A DNA stretch of 64,000 nt from Octopus bimaculoides (GCF_001194135.2 NC_068984.1:194415-258414), one strand, 5' to 3'; counted from the stretch's first letter, positions 12,365 to 25,509 are shown. The notes: generated by a model not told the origin, from the sequence alone. Made by a program: numbers and translations.

Positions 12365-12510
12365 TCATCATCATCATTTAACGTCCGCTTTCCATACTAG
12401 CATGGGTTGGACGATTGACTGAGGACTGGCAAGCCAGAAGGCTGCACCGGCTCCAATCTGATCTGGCAGAGTTTCTACAGCTGGATGCCCTTCCTAACGC
12501 CAACCACTCT
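12365..12510 (-). mobile_element. RTE-tailed short element
   Basis: (CAT)n tail plus family core. Confidence 0.85.
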
Positions 12511-13021
12511 GAGAAAATCATCATTAGCTTCATCTTCATCTGTGATAGGATGCACATCAGGAGGAATAACGACTGCATCTGCTGATTCAAATTCAGTTTC
12601 TTCGTTTGACAGTTCATCTAGCAAATTCCTAACTTCATCCATGGTCGAGGCTTTCTCATGTTTTTTTGACATCTGGGGATAAAAAAATTAAGTGTTCCAT
12701 AATTATAAGAATCATTACAATATTTAAAATGACTCAGAAGATTTAATCGGTAAAGAATACTATAGTTCATGAGTACACCTAACATACTTCATGCACTCTA
12801 TCAGTAAATATAAAATGCACAACATTCCTATAAAGCGAGACTAATTACCTTGATAAAATACTTATCTGCATTGTCTTCAGTCTTCACCCTGTGATGCTTG
12901 AAAAACTACTGAAAATCTAGTCACCTCTGTTTGTGCCGTCAATATTTTCCATTCATGTCACAAGTCAAAACAACATACAGATGCACAGACTAGTTCAGTT
13001 ATGTACACATTGACCCAGTGT

Positions 13022-13072
<51 letters not shown>

Positions 13073-13387
13073 NNNNNNNNNNNNNNNNNNNNNNNNNNNN
13101 NNNNNNNNNNNNNNNNNNNNNNNNNNNNNNNNNNNNNNNNNNNNNNNNNNNNNNNNNNNNNNNNNNNNNNNNNNNNNNNNNNNNNNNNNNNNNNNNNNNN
13201 NNNNNNNNNNNNNNNNNNNNNNNNNNNNNNNNNNNNNNNNNNNNNNNNNNNNNNNNNNNNNNNNNNNNNNNNNNNNNNNNNNNNNNNNNNNNNNNNNNNN
13301 NNNNNNNNNNNNNNNNNNNNNNNNNNNNNNNNNNNNNNNNNNNNNNNNNNNNNNNNNNNNNNNNNNNNNNNNNNNNNNNNNNNNNNN

Positions 13388-13429
<42 letters not shown>

Positions 13430-13786
13430 GACAGTAAAATTCAAAGTTATATGCATAAAATGCTATTTGTGAACAAACTATGTCCTAAGTATTGTAAAAT
13501 AACTCTTTATAAACAGTGTTTCTGTGTCAAATGAACATAACAATGATTCAACTTAACACTGCGAGTTAATATTCACAGGTCACTGAGCACGCATTGTTTC
13601 TGCCATTTTTCCTGTAGATTTTTCTCATGTTTCTCAATGCGTTACAAATATATCTGATACATTTATAAAAAATTTAGAATTTCTTTTCTGTTGTATTTAT
13701 ATTGAAAATACATTTTTTTGTCATATTATAATTTTTTTAAATAAATTATTTACTGTCCTATATACAGGACAGTGGGACACAATGGG
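12510..13786 (-). mobile_element. piggyBac 5' fragment
   Basis: Terminus reads TTAA|CCCATTGTGTCCCACTGTCC on the - strand. Acidic N-terminal peptide DEVRNLLDELSNEETEFESADAVVIPPDVHPITDEDEANDD is typical of piggyBac transposases. Gap at 13073-13387. Confidence 0.7.
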
Positions 13787-14129
13787 TTAAAAATAGTGTA
13801 GACAGGGATGATAATGAAGACTGGAAGTGGTTCAGAGTGGAGAGAGAGAGAGAGAAGGGAGAAAAGCTAAACAAAAGAGTGGGTGTGTAATATGTGCCAA
13901 TGCTGCTGTTTTTGGGTGATTACAGCAGCTGAGTAATACCATAGATAGAGGAGTGATAGATGTTAGGGAATGAGAATTGGGGGGAATACATGATGGGGCA
14001 TAAAGAGAGGAGTGTGGTAGAGCCCCACACGTACAAGCAGACCAAGTAGTTTTAAAATACCATTTTTGTTGTGAATGCTAATTATCTTAGTCTGCTGTCA
14101 TCTCCTCCTTAAGGCTCAGCATTATGAAA

Positions 14130-15310
14130 TCAGCCGTTACTACTTTGTCTCATTCCTCCTGGGTCTCCCTCTTTCACAAGTGCCATCTTTAAGCCATCTG
14201 TCCTCATTCATACGCATCACATGACCAAACCAGCACAGTCTTCTCTCTTGTACACTACATCAGATTCCTCTTATGCCTAATTCTTTTTCCCAGTAACTTT
14301 GCACTCTGAATTGCACATCAAAGAGAGGAAACTAGCCCCATTCCTCTCTAGTCTTCACATATCCTTTGCATTTAGGGCTCACATCTCACTACCATGTAGT
14401 ATTAACTATATGTACACAAGCATCATACAATCTTCCTTTAACTCACAGAGAGGGGCCTTTGTTGCTAACAGAAGTAATAGTTGTCTGAACTTTTCTCCAT
14501 CTTACTCTTATTCTAGCAATTACACTTTCAGAACATTCTCCTTCACTGCTAATTAGGTTGCTTAGGTCAGTGCTTCTCAAACCATCTGATGTCGCATATC
14601 AGCAGTTTGTTTTCCCCAATGTGCCAGGGACCGGTAATGTTTCTTAGTAATATTAATTTATACTGGAAACAATATATATAAAATGAATATAATAAAAGTT
14701 GACAAATTGTTTTTTTATCTTATATTTATTTTGTAAAAAAATAATACAATATTACATAAGCATTTTATAATGTCTCTTTCTTTTCTGGAAACTCGCCACT
14801 TACCAGCAGCTGATGGGTTGCAGACCACCACTTTGAGTAGCACTGGCCTAAGTAACATACTATTTACTACTTCTAGGGAGCCCCTTGAACATTTGAGGGA
14901 ACCAATTTCTTGTGTATTCTTAATCTTTATGGTCCCTGAGAATCTTACATATTCAAACATTACCTTCCTCTGATTCCACTGCTGCTCTTGCGTATCCATG
15001 ACCTGCATTGGGTTCACCCCATAGAATTCCTGTTCACACCTTTCCGACACATCAAGCAATGCAATTTACCTGATGTAGATAGAGTCCTGTATGTTTTCCT
15101 GCTTACTAGAACCTTGGTCTTTATTAAATTTAAGACCCTTCAATTCCAGGTTTTGCTTCCACTTTTTCTAATTCTTTTAAGATTCTGCTATGAGAGCAAG
15201 GTCATCAGCAGAGATGGACAGTCTTGTTATGGCCTGGAAAAACAATGATGAATAGGATGGGATTAAGAACTGAGTCCTTGTAAATGCTTACCTGTACACG
15301 TGGATGTTAA
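14130..15310 (-). mobile_element. Degenerate RTE LINE fragment interrupted by a hAT MITE
   Basis: Homology to the other RTE copies in the window (reverse complement of ggtcatgtgatgcgtatg, ggcccctctctgtgag, gatgaccttg). Confidence 0.7.
14568..14845. mobile_element. hAT (Charlie-like) MITE
   Basis: TIRs CAGTGCTTCTCAA / TTGAGTAGCACTG; 8-bp flanks GCTTAGGT / GCCTAAGT (6/8 match, a decayed TSD). Confidence 0.75.
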
Positions 15311-15842
15311 GCAATGATGTAAAATGTAAACTTTAATAGTATAAATTTACATGATGAGACTCAGTGATGGCTGGGATTTCACCTCAAAATTACCAGAGTA
15401 CCTTGCATAAGGTCTTTGAGTACATGCCGGTTGTGGTTTTAAGATTGATATTTTTGTCAAAGAAAAATTGATGGGAGTAACATTTTTTTGGCAGTGAATA
15501 TAAGTACTGTTCATCATCAATAGCAGAAACACTATCTGATGGATGCTAATCATTATAAGAATATTCTTTATTGAGAGAGAAGGATATATATATATATGTA
15601 TATGTATATGTAATGTGTGTGTGTGTGTGTATGTATGTTCTAAAAAAAAATCTACCTATAGTTTTGTTTGTCCTATTGACTACGTTATACTATAATCATA
15701 TTGTTGGCTTAGGTAAAATTATTGAAATAATGTGATAAGTGGATTTATCTCCCTTTAACTGTTTTCATGTTCTTTACCACAACCAGCAAAGTTTAAAATA
15801 AAATAACAAAATTGATGTAACTTGATATTTTCTGGACTGCTT

Positions 15843-15880
15843 CCTTCTGAAGATGGCCCTTTGTGCCTGAAATATAAAGG
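15843..15880 (+). ncRNA. Minimal type-I hammerhead-ribozyme-like motif (Penelope-type)
   Basis: CCUU-CUGAAGA-U-GGC-CCUUUGU-GCC-U-GAAA-UAU-A-AAGG: stem I CCUU/AAGG, both core motifs present, palindromic AUAU stem III. Confidence 0.55.
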
Positions 15881-16859
15881 TTTTTGTAAAACTTTTTGCA
15901 TTATTAGAAGCTCTCTTTAATTAATTTTTTTTTGTTTCTGTATTACAATGCTTCAAGTGAATTACAACTCTCTCTTTCAATGTTTTTGTGTGAAAATTCT
16001 TTCCATTGAATGTCTAGCCCACCACCTCTTTTGATTTATCTTATAATCTGTTCTTTAACATATTTTGGATGAAACTAGGAAACGACAACCATTTTCGTTT
16101 TTTCTTTTTTGCTTCATGTATACACTTGCACAAACTTGCACATAGTTAACAATTGAGGAGTCTAGGATAAAAATTGATAGTGCAACCTCATTATCATCAT
16201 CATCATCGTCGTCATTTAACGTCCGCTTTCCATGCTAGCATGGGTTGGACGATTTGACTGAGGAATGGTGGACCAGGAGGCGACACCAGGCTCGTCCAAC
16301 TGGCCCAAAGACTGCACTGTACTCCATTAGCATGGTTCCTATCACTGAATGTCATTCCTAAAGCCAACCACATTACACTGTGTACTGGGTCCTTTTCTTT
16401 TTTTTGTGGCACTAGCCTTAATGGGGTTACCATGCAACTCACAGGACTTAGGATCTTCTTCACCTGAATTGAGCTACAGTAGAGAGGGAGGTGGCTTTAT
16501 ACTATGGATTGAGGAGTTAAAGTGTGAGAGGAGGAGCCAGAGCAGAACAGGTTTCTTGCTTCTTTACATTGATGAATAATGGGTTGTCGTAACAATCTTC
16601 ATCAATTAGTGAGAATGCTTTTGTGTGGTAGCACAACTATAGAGATGCTATGGAGCACACTGTTGGCAAAATGCAAGTTTCTTTCAATATAAACACTCCC
16701 TGTTGATTTTAAAATGAGAATCAGATTTAGAAGCGCAAACCCACAATGAAATAGGATTACAATGAGGAAAATGGCTTCTTGTGCATTATAAGAGAATTAA
16801 CTGGGATCACTCAGCAAGAACTCTATCATCCCTGCAGGCAGGGTTCAAAATATTTTTGC

Positions 16860-17250
16860 CTCTTTTGGTTTAACCGAAGCCAGTGCTGTCTGACCGGCAC
16901 CCGAGTCAGTGGCACATAAAAAGCACTGTTTGAGTGTTGGACCTCACGGAGGCAGTGACAGGTGACTGAGACCTTTGGTGATATACCGTGCTTGTGTAGA
17001 CCTGTCAAGCCAAGTGAGATCATGGTTATGGCTGATGCTGGTGTCACGTCAGTGGCACCTGTGCTGGTGGCACGTAAAAAGCACCCACGACACTCTTGGA
17101 GTGGTTGGCTTAGGAAGGGCATCCAGCTGTAGAAACCTTGCCAAATCAGATTGGAACCTGGTGCAGCTCCCTATCTTACCAGTTTTCAGTCAAACTGTCC
17201 AACCCATGCCAGCATGGAAAATGGATGTTAAACAATGATGATGATGATGA
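16860..17250 (+). mobile_element. RTE 3' end / RTE-tailed element
   Basis: Family core and (GAT)n tail; an oppositely oriented copy lies at about 16190-16450. Confidence 0.8.
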
Positions 17251-17492
17251 TGTGGCTTAATTGTAGCATTGTAATAAAGAAATATATAAAAGGTTATTTA
17301 ACTTTCCCCATTTCCCGTTGTCAGAAGCTCTTTGATTTTGTTCTTACTGTTCCTGCCTTCTTCGTTATTTGTTTCCCTCTGATGTCATATGAAAAACTTG
17401 AGAGATTTCTCTTATGAAATTCATATTAAACAATATATGGAATTATTTGTAGAGATTAATACTAAAACTATATTTATTTGATTGTATTTTAG

Positions 17493-17563
17493 ATTTGGTC
17501 ATCAAGTTTGTTGTGGTTGGTGAAAGTTGCCAGAAAAATGAACAACTACAAAAGTCATTGCAG
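17493..17563 (+). CDS. ECT2: ECT2 coding exon 3 (start of BRCT0; phase 1-0)
   Basis: Acceptor tgtattttag and donor CAG|GTTAAT. DLVIKFVVVGESCQKNEQLQKSLQ aligns with human TRVILVQEAGKQEELIKALK. Confidence 0.88.
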
Positions 17564-18634
17564 GTTAATTGTTATTTTATCACAAATTTTTTATCTTTTT
17601 TATTTGTTTCAGTCATTAGACTGCGGCCATGCTGGGGCACTGCCTTGGAAAATTTTAATCAAATGAATCAGCTCCAGTCGTTACCTATTCTTTTTATAAG
17701 CCTGGTACTTATTCTCTTAGTCCCTTTTGCCAAATTGCTAAATTAAGGGGACGTAAACACATGGACACCAGTTGCCAAGCAGTGGTGGGAGACAGACACA
17801 CGTGTGCACGCTTACACACACACACACACATGCATAAAATGGGCTTCTTTCTCTTTCTGTCTACCAAATCCACTTACAAGGCTTTAGTGATCCTGAGGCT
17901 ATAGCAGAAGGCACCTGCCCAAGGTGCCATGTGGTTTGGAAACAAACTTTCTATCATATAGCCATGCTTAATTATTTTTTGTATACAAAGTAATTTCATA
18001 TTTCATGTAGTGGTAAGTGGGGATTTTAAACTACTGGATTATTGTACATTAATATATGTGTGTTTATGTATATATATATATATATATATATCTGTGTGTG
18101 TATGCATATATTGGCACGTAAAAAGCACCATTCAAGTGTGATCAATGCCAGAACTGCCTGACTGGCCCTCGTGCCAGTGGCACATAAAAAGTACCCATTA
18201 TACTCTGAGTGGTTGGCGTTAGGAAGGGCATCCAGCTGTAGAAACCTTGCCAGATCAGATTGGAACCTGGTGCAACCTTCTGACTTGCCAGCCCTCAGTC
18301 AAACCATCCAACCCATGCCAGCATGGAAAGCGGACGTTAAACGATGATGATAATGATGATGGTAAGTGGGAGATGGAAGGGACTAGAATAGAGGGAGAGG
18401 GGGTGTTATGAGGATATGTTGTGGTGAAAAGATTCAACAGACACTTTGTGTGCAGGNNNNNNNNNNNNNNNNNNNNNNNNNNNNNNNNNNNNNNNNNNNN
18501 NNNNNNNNNNNNNNNNNNNNNNNNNNNGGGGGGGGGGGATTAGGGAGATGTTGGGAAGATGAGATTGAAGGAAAAGTTTGTCAGGGACAGATTGTGTGTG
18601 GAAACGTGGACACACCTTTTTGGCCTTGATTTTA

Positions 18635-19880
18635 CTTAAATGGATGGGTCTTCTAAAGCTCAGTGAATTACAACTTGTCTCAGTCCTTTGTCATCTCCTC
18701 TGTGAGACACAACATCTGTAGATCCTTTCTCACCATTTTGTCCCTTGTCTTCCTATGTCTTCTTCTTCCACAGATTCCCTCCACATTTAAAAATAGGCAC
18801 ATTATGCAATTGTCTTCATCCATACACATCACATGACCATTCCAATGTAATCTTCTCTCAAGCACACTATATCTAATGTCTCTTATACCCAATTTTTCTA
18901 TCAAAACACTCTTTGCACACCAACATTGCATATTCAGGGGAGCATGCTGGCCACATTTCTTTGAAGCCTTTACATTTCCTCTGCATTCACAGCCCATGTT
19001 TCACTACCATGTAGCATGACTGACTGCACACAGGCTTCATAACATCTGCCTTTCACTATTAGGGAGAGGCCCTTTGTTGTAGCTCTCTGAATTGTGCCCT
19101 GCCCATTCTTACTTTAGCAACCAGGCTTTCAGAGCATCCTCCTGCACTGCTAATTTGGTCACCTTAGTAGCAGAAGCTATCTACTACTTCTAAGGATTCT
19201 CCCGGATGTTTGAGGAAATCTATTCTCTGTACATTCTCAGTGTTTATTATACCTGCACATCTGCCACACACAAAGATCTTAGGTGTCCATAGCTTGCACT
19301 GGGCACTCCATATGGAATTTCTACCTACATCTTTTCTACATAATAAGCAGGGTCATCTCCCCGATGGGATTAGTAATTTGTCTGCTTTCCTGCTTACTAA
19401 TACTTTGGTCTTTGCTAAATTAATTCCAACTCTTTGATTCCAGTCCCTGCTTCCACACCTGAAATTTCTTCTTTAATTCAACTAGAGATTCAGCTGTAAG
19501 AACAAGGTCATCAACATAGAAGAGCTCCCGTGGGCAACCAGTTTTAAATTCCTCTAAAATGGCCTGGAGGACTATTATAATCGAGAGGGGGCTGAAAACC
19601 GATCCTTGGTGAACTCCTTATACACTAAATTCATTGCTATACTCGTTACTGACTTTTACTTTACTGAAAGCATCCCTCTATGTTGCTTGGATAGCTGTTA
19701 CCAGCCACTCATCTACCTCCAGCTTCTGCATTGACCACAAGATGAGAGAGAGCAAGGACTCCTGTCAAAAGCTCTTATGGAACTGTCTGTTTCACTGTTC
19801 CACCACCATGTCACCCTAGGTCTGGTTGAGACTTTGCACTATCCATAGATTTGATCTATGGCCCTCAGTAAGTTGTCCCA
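18635..19880 (-). mobile_element. RTE LINE ORF2 fragment (RT and C-terminus), decayed
   Basis: Disrupted translation with RRLHWNGHVMCMDED, a PHD-like segment and an RT motif region (gctcttctatgttgatgaccttg). Confidence 0.85.
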
Positions 19881-21309
19881 TAGAAACTTTCAGTTATCTT
19901 CTATGTCATAATGTCCCTATTTTCTTCTCTTTTTCATCAAATGCTTCAATTAAGCCATCTCTAAATCTCTGACTATTCAAAGGATCTTTAAATTTCCAAA
20001 TCTTCCTCTTTCAGACTGGTTTACTTTGTGAAGTCTGAAGTTGATCCTGTTTTGAATTAATACCTCCTCCCCCTCCTCCTCCTCCTCCTCCNNNNNNNNN
20101 NNNNNNNNNNNNNNNNNNNNNNNNNNNNNNNNNNNNNNNNNNNNNNNNNNNNNNNNNNNNNNNNNNNNNNNNNNNNNNNNNNNNNNCCTCCTCCCATGTT
20201 GGCATTAGTTGGATAGACAGGATTCAATTAGTCAGAAGACCATGTTTTGTTCCAGTGTCTTAGTTTTGGCATGAGTGCCCTTTGTAACCTTAACCACTTT
20301 ACAGAATGTTTTGGGTGCATTGGTGTGGCACCAGCAGCATAGAGGTTGCCCTGTCCTCAGAAAAACTAAGGAGTTCTCTCAACCTTACTTTGTCTCTGCT
20401 CTCTCTCTATCTCTCTCTTTATTTTTTTTTAAAAAGAAACTCTTTAACAGACACTTATTGATGCAGTTGACATCTGGTCTCATTTGAATGCCAAGATTAG
20501 CTCGGGAAAATAGAACAATATGTCTTGCAGTATATATACAGTTTGTATAGACTTGATTTAACTTCTTAGTGTTTGTATCAGCAGCAATAATACTGTGGAA
20601 AAGCCAGTTGATCATTTCATCTCTCAGCTTTTCATGTCAACATTCAGCAGTCTGTGTTATTCTACCCAAGTGGAGTGGTGAGATACTAACACAACTCGTT
20701 TAACTGGCTGAATGACTTTTAAAAATAGAGAAACTTTGTTCAGTTTCTTTCTTGCAGCTGAGATTTATTTTCATATTTTCCCACCCAATGTCTGCTTTTA
20801 AATAAAGAAACAAACTTGATCTACCTTAAAAGCATTTTATTGATTCAATAACACGTTTCAAACTCACTCAAGTTTTCATTTCACCTTTGGTTGGTTGTCT
20901 TAGATATTGACTTTACTATTTGTTGTACGTATGGAGAAGGAAGAAATAGTGTTTATGGGCATTGTTAGTGAGATCATTATTGTATGAATTTTAACTATTG
21001 AGTACGATTAAACAGTATTTAATTTGAAGACTGCTGTTCTCTTGTAGTATTTCCCTCTAGTGTTAAGTTTGTTGGACTAATTTCAATTGTATGGCAAATA
21101 GATTAGCAATGTCTTTTGAACTCAGTCATAGAAGCTAGTGATTAAAGTGAATGTATGTATAAGTGTGTGTATATTTGTGTGTATATATATATATATAGTG
21201 GGTTCAGTCCCATTGCACAGGGCCTAGAGCCAGTGTCTTCTACTATAGTCCTGGGTTGACCAAAGCTTTGTAACTTGGTTTGGTAGAGGGGAACTGAAAG
21301 AAGCCCATT

Positions 21310-21433
21310 ACATATATTTATGTATAAATATACATATGTGTGTATATAGATATATGTGTACATATGTGTATGTGTGTGTATATATATATATGTGTGTGTA
21401 TGTGTATATATATATGTGTATATTTATATACAT

Positions 21434-21484
<51 letters not shown>

Positions 21485-21602
21485 TGTATATATATGTATA
21501 TATGTGTATATATATATATACATGTATATATATGTATGTATGTGTATATATATATATACATGTATATATATGTATGTATATATGTGTATATATATACACG
21601 GG

Positions 21603-21633
<31 letters not shown>

Positions 21634-21685
21634 ATATATGTGTATGTGTGTATATATGTATGTGTGTGTACATATGTGTGTATAT
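21310..21685. repeat. Compound (TA)/(TG) low-complexity tract
   Basis: Direct sequence; source of the spurious YIYI ORFs. Confidence 0.95.
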
Positions 21686-22944
21686 TTTTCTAAATTTTAT
21701 CCGACTCTATTGCTGTCTATCAGCCCTTTCACTCTTATTCATTCATTCCACTCTTTGTTCTTTCATTCCACTCTTTGTTCTTTCGTTCCCCCTCTCTCAC
21801 ATTTCCTTGCCTTCTCTTCCTGCTCACTTTCCCTCCACTTTTCACTTCACTGTGTCCCTGTCATCTTTTCTCGCCCCCTCAATTCTTTTGTCCCTCTGCC
21901 TCTACCTCTCTCTCTTCTCTTCCCACATGACCGGTGTTCGGCTAAGCCTGATCTTTCTTTCTTGGCTTTTGTGTGTGCAACATCTATATTCCTCCTTGTA
22001 CCTGTGAAATCTTGTATCCCTCCCATAAGGCCTTATTTCCACACACGCCAGCTTAATTTAATTCGTCCTTAGTTGAAAGACACATGTTGTTATGTCCTGT
22101 TATCATTTTTATTGTATTTGTGTAATGTTTGTTTTTTTTCCATCCTTGTTTTTGTATACATTCGCTGCTTTCTTCCAAGGAATCTGGTGCTCTTAGCTTA
22201 GTTCTTCCTTGGGGCTGGCCAGATTGGAGCAGTCTCGAGTATAACCAGCCGAAANNNNNNNNNNTTTCCCTCCACTTTTCACTTCACTGTGTCCCTGTCA
22301 TCTTTTCTCGCCCCCTCAATTCTTTTGTCCCTCTGCCTCTACCTCTCTCTCTTCTCTTCCCACATGACCGGTGTTCGGCTAAGCCTGATCTTTCTTTCTT
22401 GGCTTTTGTGTGTGCAACATCTATATTNNNNNNNNNNNNNNNNNNNNNNNNNNNNNNNNNNNNNNNNNNNNNNNNNNNNNNNNNNNNNNNNNNNNNNNNN
22501 NNNNNNNNNATGAAAGAGAACTCCGAATGACCCGTCCTTGTTTTCTTTGTATTAGCTTGGGCTAGATGGACTAGAGAGTAGAGATTGAGTTTTTTTAGTT
22601 GACCCCAATAGCCAATGCCCCTCATGCCGTCTATCTTTCTTGTTATTGACCTCTGGAGTGCTTCATCATCATCATTTAGTGTCTGCCTTCCATGCTGGCA
22701 TGGGTTGGACGATTTGACTGAGGACTGGCGAACCAGAAGGATGCACCAGGCTCCAATCTGATCTGGCAGAGTTTCTACAGCTGGATGCCCTTCCTAACGC
22801 CAACCACTCCGAGAGTGTAGTGGGTGCTTTTACGTGCCACCGGTACGAGGGCCAGTCAGGCGGTACTGGCAACGGCTACGCTCAAAATGTCGTTTTCTAT
22901 GTGCCATCTGCACAGGAGCCAGTCCAGCGGCACTGGCAACGATC

Positions 22945-23470
22945 TCACTCCAGCAGTCTGGTTCCCACCTCATTGTGGGAACCAAAGCCATAGCCTCCAT
23001 GTACGCCATGGAAGCCCCCTGCATGTTGTCCAACATCTCCATTGAAGTCACCAGCCACAAAAAGAAGGTCCCTGTCATTTGTCAATGAAGTAGTCTGCAA
23101 GAGGGTGTCATAAAATCAGTCTTTCTGCCCATCAGGTAGCCCCGGTTGAGGGACATAGGCTGAGATAATGGTTGCTAACCTATGATGAAGCACTAATCTA
23201 ATCTTAAGTATTGTCGCATACTCTGACTACCTCGATTACCTTATCAACCCATTTCTCCGCACAAAGTATACCCACGCCCCCGACCCCGTCAGTGTTCTCT
23301 GCCCAGAAAATCATGGACCTGTGTTCTTTGCCTGCGAGGAACCTAGCGGAACCTCCTCTCCACCTTACTTCTTGGATGTAGCACAAATCTACACGTCTCC
23401 ATTCAATCTCACCAGACCTACCTTTCAGTGTGCCAACTTTGAGGGTGTGGGAGGTGTGGACCTGTGAGAA
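22945..23470 (-). mobile_element. RTE LINE AP-endonuclease fragment
   Basis: [36 protein letters not shown] and LLFVAGDFNGDVG are APE motifs. Confidence 0.85.
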
Positions 23471-23539
23471 CCTCTGATGAGGGACAGCAGTGTCATGTAC
23501 CTGTGGATGTATATATATATGTCTATGTGTATATGTATG

Positions 23540-23604
<65 letters not shown>

Positions 23605-24266
23605 ATGTATGTATGTATGTATGTATCATTATCATTGTCATTGTTTAATGTCCATTTTCCATGCTGGCATGGGTTGAATGGTTTGAGGTCTGGAGAGCCA
23701 GCAGCTGCACCAGCCTCCAATCTCATCTGGCAATGTTTCTACAGCCAGATGCCCTTCCTAACACCCACCACTCTGAGAGTGTAGAGGGTGCATTTTACGT
23801 GCCACCAGTACAAGAGCCAGTCAGGCGGGCCTGGCAATGATCCCATATATATATGAGTAGAATTCCCATCTTTCTTCTCAGCCATGAGTTATATATCAAA
23901 ATAATGCTGCAGTGAATGCAGCTGTGATCAAGGAGTAAAGTTTTCAAATATTAATTATAATAAAGGGTAACTTGAAATGGGATCTTGTACACATTTAACC
24001 AAAAGTTTCATTATCTTTCTTTTGCTTGACTACAGCTTGTGTTTTATTTTTTGGAGTTTTTAAGGTGGTATTAACATCTTTTGGCATCTATTTCTAGCGT
24101 GGGGAGAGGCTTATAGCCATTCCCTTGTTATAATTATGTATATAATTATTATAATAAATATATACACACACACACATATCATATATATATCTGTGTGTGT
24201 GTGTGTGTGTATATATATCATCATCATCATCATCATCATTGTTTAACGTTCGCTTACGTATATAAA

Positions 24267-24488
24267 CATGGGGGTGCTGAAAAGTTCTTGGTTTTGTTTA
24301 GAAGAAAATACAGGATGAGGATCAGTGAATTATGATTTTGTTCCACATATATTCTCCTCTCTGATCCACATACTTATTGCAGTCAGCTTTCAGATTTTCT
24401 AAGCCCTATAAAAGAACTTGGAAGGTTGGGTCTCCAACCAGGCCTTTCGTGATACCCTGAAAGCCAGGAACTTTGCAGCACCCTCTCG
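24267..24488. mobile_element. mariner-type MITE (plus an inverted partial copy at 24531-24617)
   Basis: Ends GGGGGTGCTGAAAAGTTC / GAACTTTGCAGCACCCTCTCG|TA. Confidence 0.65.
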
Positions 24489-25149
24489 TATGCGTATGCA
24501 TATATATTTACATGTGTGTGTTTATGTTTATACAAGGTGCCGCTGAAAAGTTCATGGCTTTAAGGGTATCATGAAAGGCCTGGCTGGAGGTCCAATCATC
24601 CGAGTTCTTTTATAGGGTAACAGCTACTACTTTTGTTCTCCCTATTACACCAAATTGCTTCTTTCATTTTCCTTTCTCTCATACACCTTGCCTATTCTCT
24701 CTTCTATTCTTCCTCTCTTATAGGGGCTATTTTAATCCCTTAGCCTTGGAATCGAGATGATGTTCACTAGTGTAGATGGTATAAAAAAACACACACCCAG
24801 TACTGTCTGTAGAGTGGTTGGCATTAGGAAGGGCATCCAGCTGTAAAAACCATGTCAAAACAGACAATTGGAGCTTGATACAATTGCCTTGCTTCTCAGT
24901 TGCTGTTGAAGTGTCCAATTTATAGCCACGTGGAGGATGGATGTTAAATGATGATGACTGGTATCCTCCTAACCCAGCTGAGAAGTCATCTGTTATCTTC
25001 CCTATTATTGCAGCTAAATTTGCTGAGAGTGCTGCTGATTCTTGCCTTCGAAAGAGATGTCAGTTTGTTGAGATATTTACTCATGTCATTAACTTCTACA
25101 ACCTCATCTTTGTCACATTCTTAATATTTTCCTTTTTTCCTTTCTAAAG

Positions 25150-25329
25150 TATTTTAGTCACCCAGTCATCTACTCAGACACTGGCCAAGATATCCCAGCA
25201 AAATCCCCTGATTTTGAATACATCTTCATTCTTGATAATTTTGAAAATGAAGTTTTTCGCCAACTTTATTGTGAGAAAAAGCGTATCTTTGGGCCACCAG
25301 TTCTAATTACTTGTGCTCGAGATAATTTG
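25150..25329 (+). CDS. ECT2: ECT2 coding exon 4 (BRCT0; phase 0-0, 180 nt)
   Basis: Polypyrimidine tract with an AAG acceptor; donor TTG|GTAAGT. Encodes YFSHPVIY...SPDFEYIFILDNFENEVFRQLYCEKKRIFGPPVLITCARDNL. Confidence 0.93.
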
Positions 25330-25507
25330 GTAAGTCATATTTTTGCCTTTTCTATAAAACTGTCATTTATGAATGTTTAAATTTACAGGAAAAGTAATAG
25401 ACTTCAACTTTTCAAGAATATAAGACCAATAACAATCAGATGAATGAAATAAATGTTTGGAATTGTGTATAACAAAGTGTAATTATTGTTTGAGGGAAAT
25501 CAGTACT

Positions 25508-25509
<2 letters not shown>

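Noticed and set aside
20582-20677. 96-nt exon-like segment (AG...GTGAGA) in intron 3
   Set aside because: Its open frame is phase 2-2 whereas the intron is phase 0 (immediate TAA), and the polypyrimidine tract is weak.
21308-22072. Long YIYI/VCVC ORFs
   Set aside because: Microsatellite translations.
22205-22254. GGCTGG/CCAGCC stem followed by GAAA as a fourth hammerhead
   Set aside because: CUGANGA is absent and the sequence runs into a gap.
22265-22427. Exact duplicate of about 21825-21988; similar duplications at 27289-27338 and 56396-56480
   Set aside because: Each abuts an N gap, so these are most likely scaffold-overlap artefacts rather than biological duplications.
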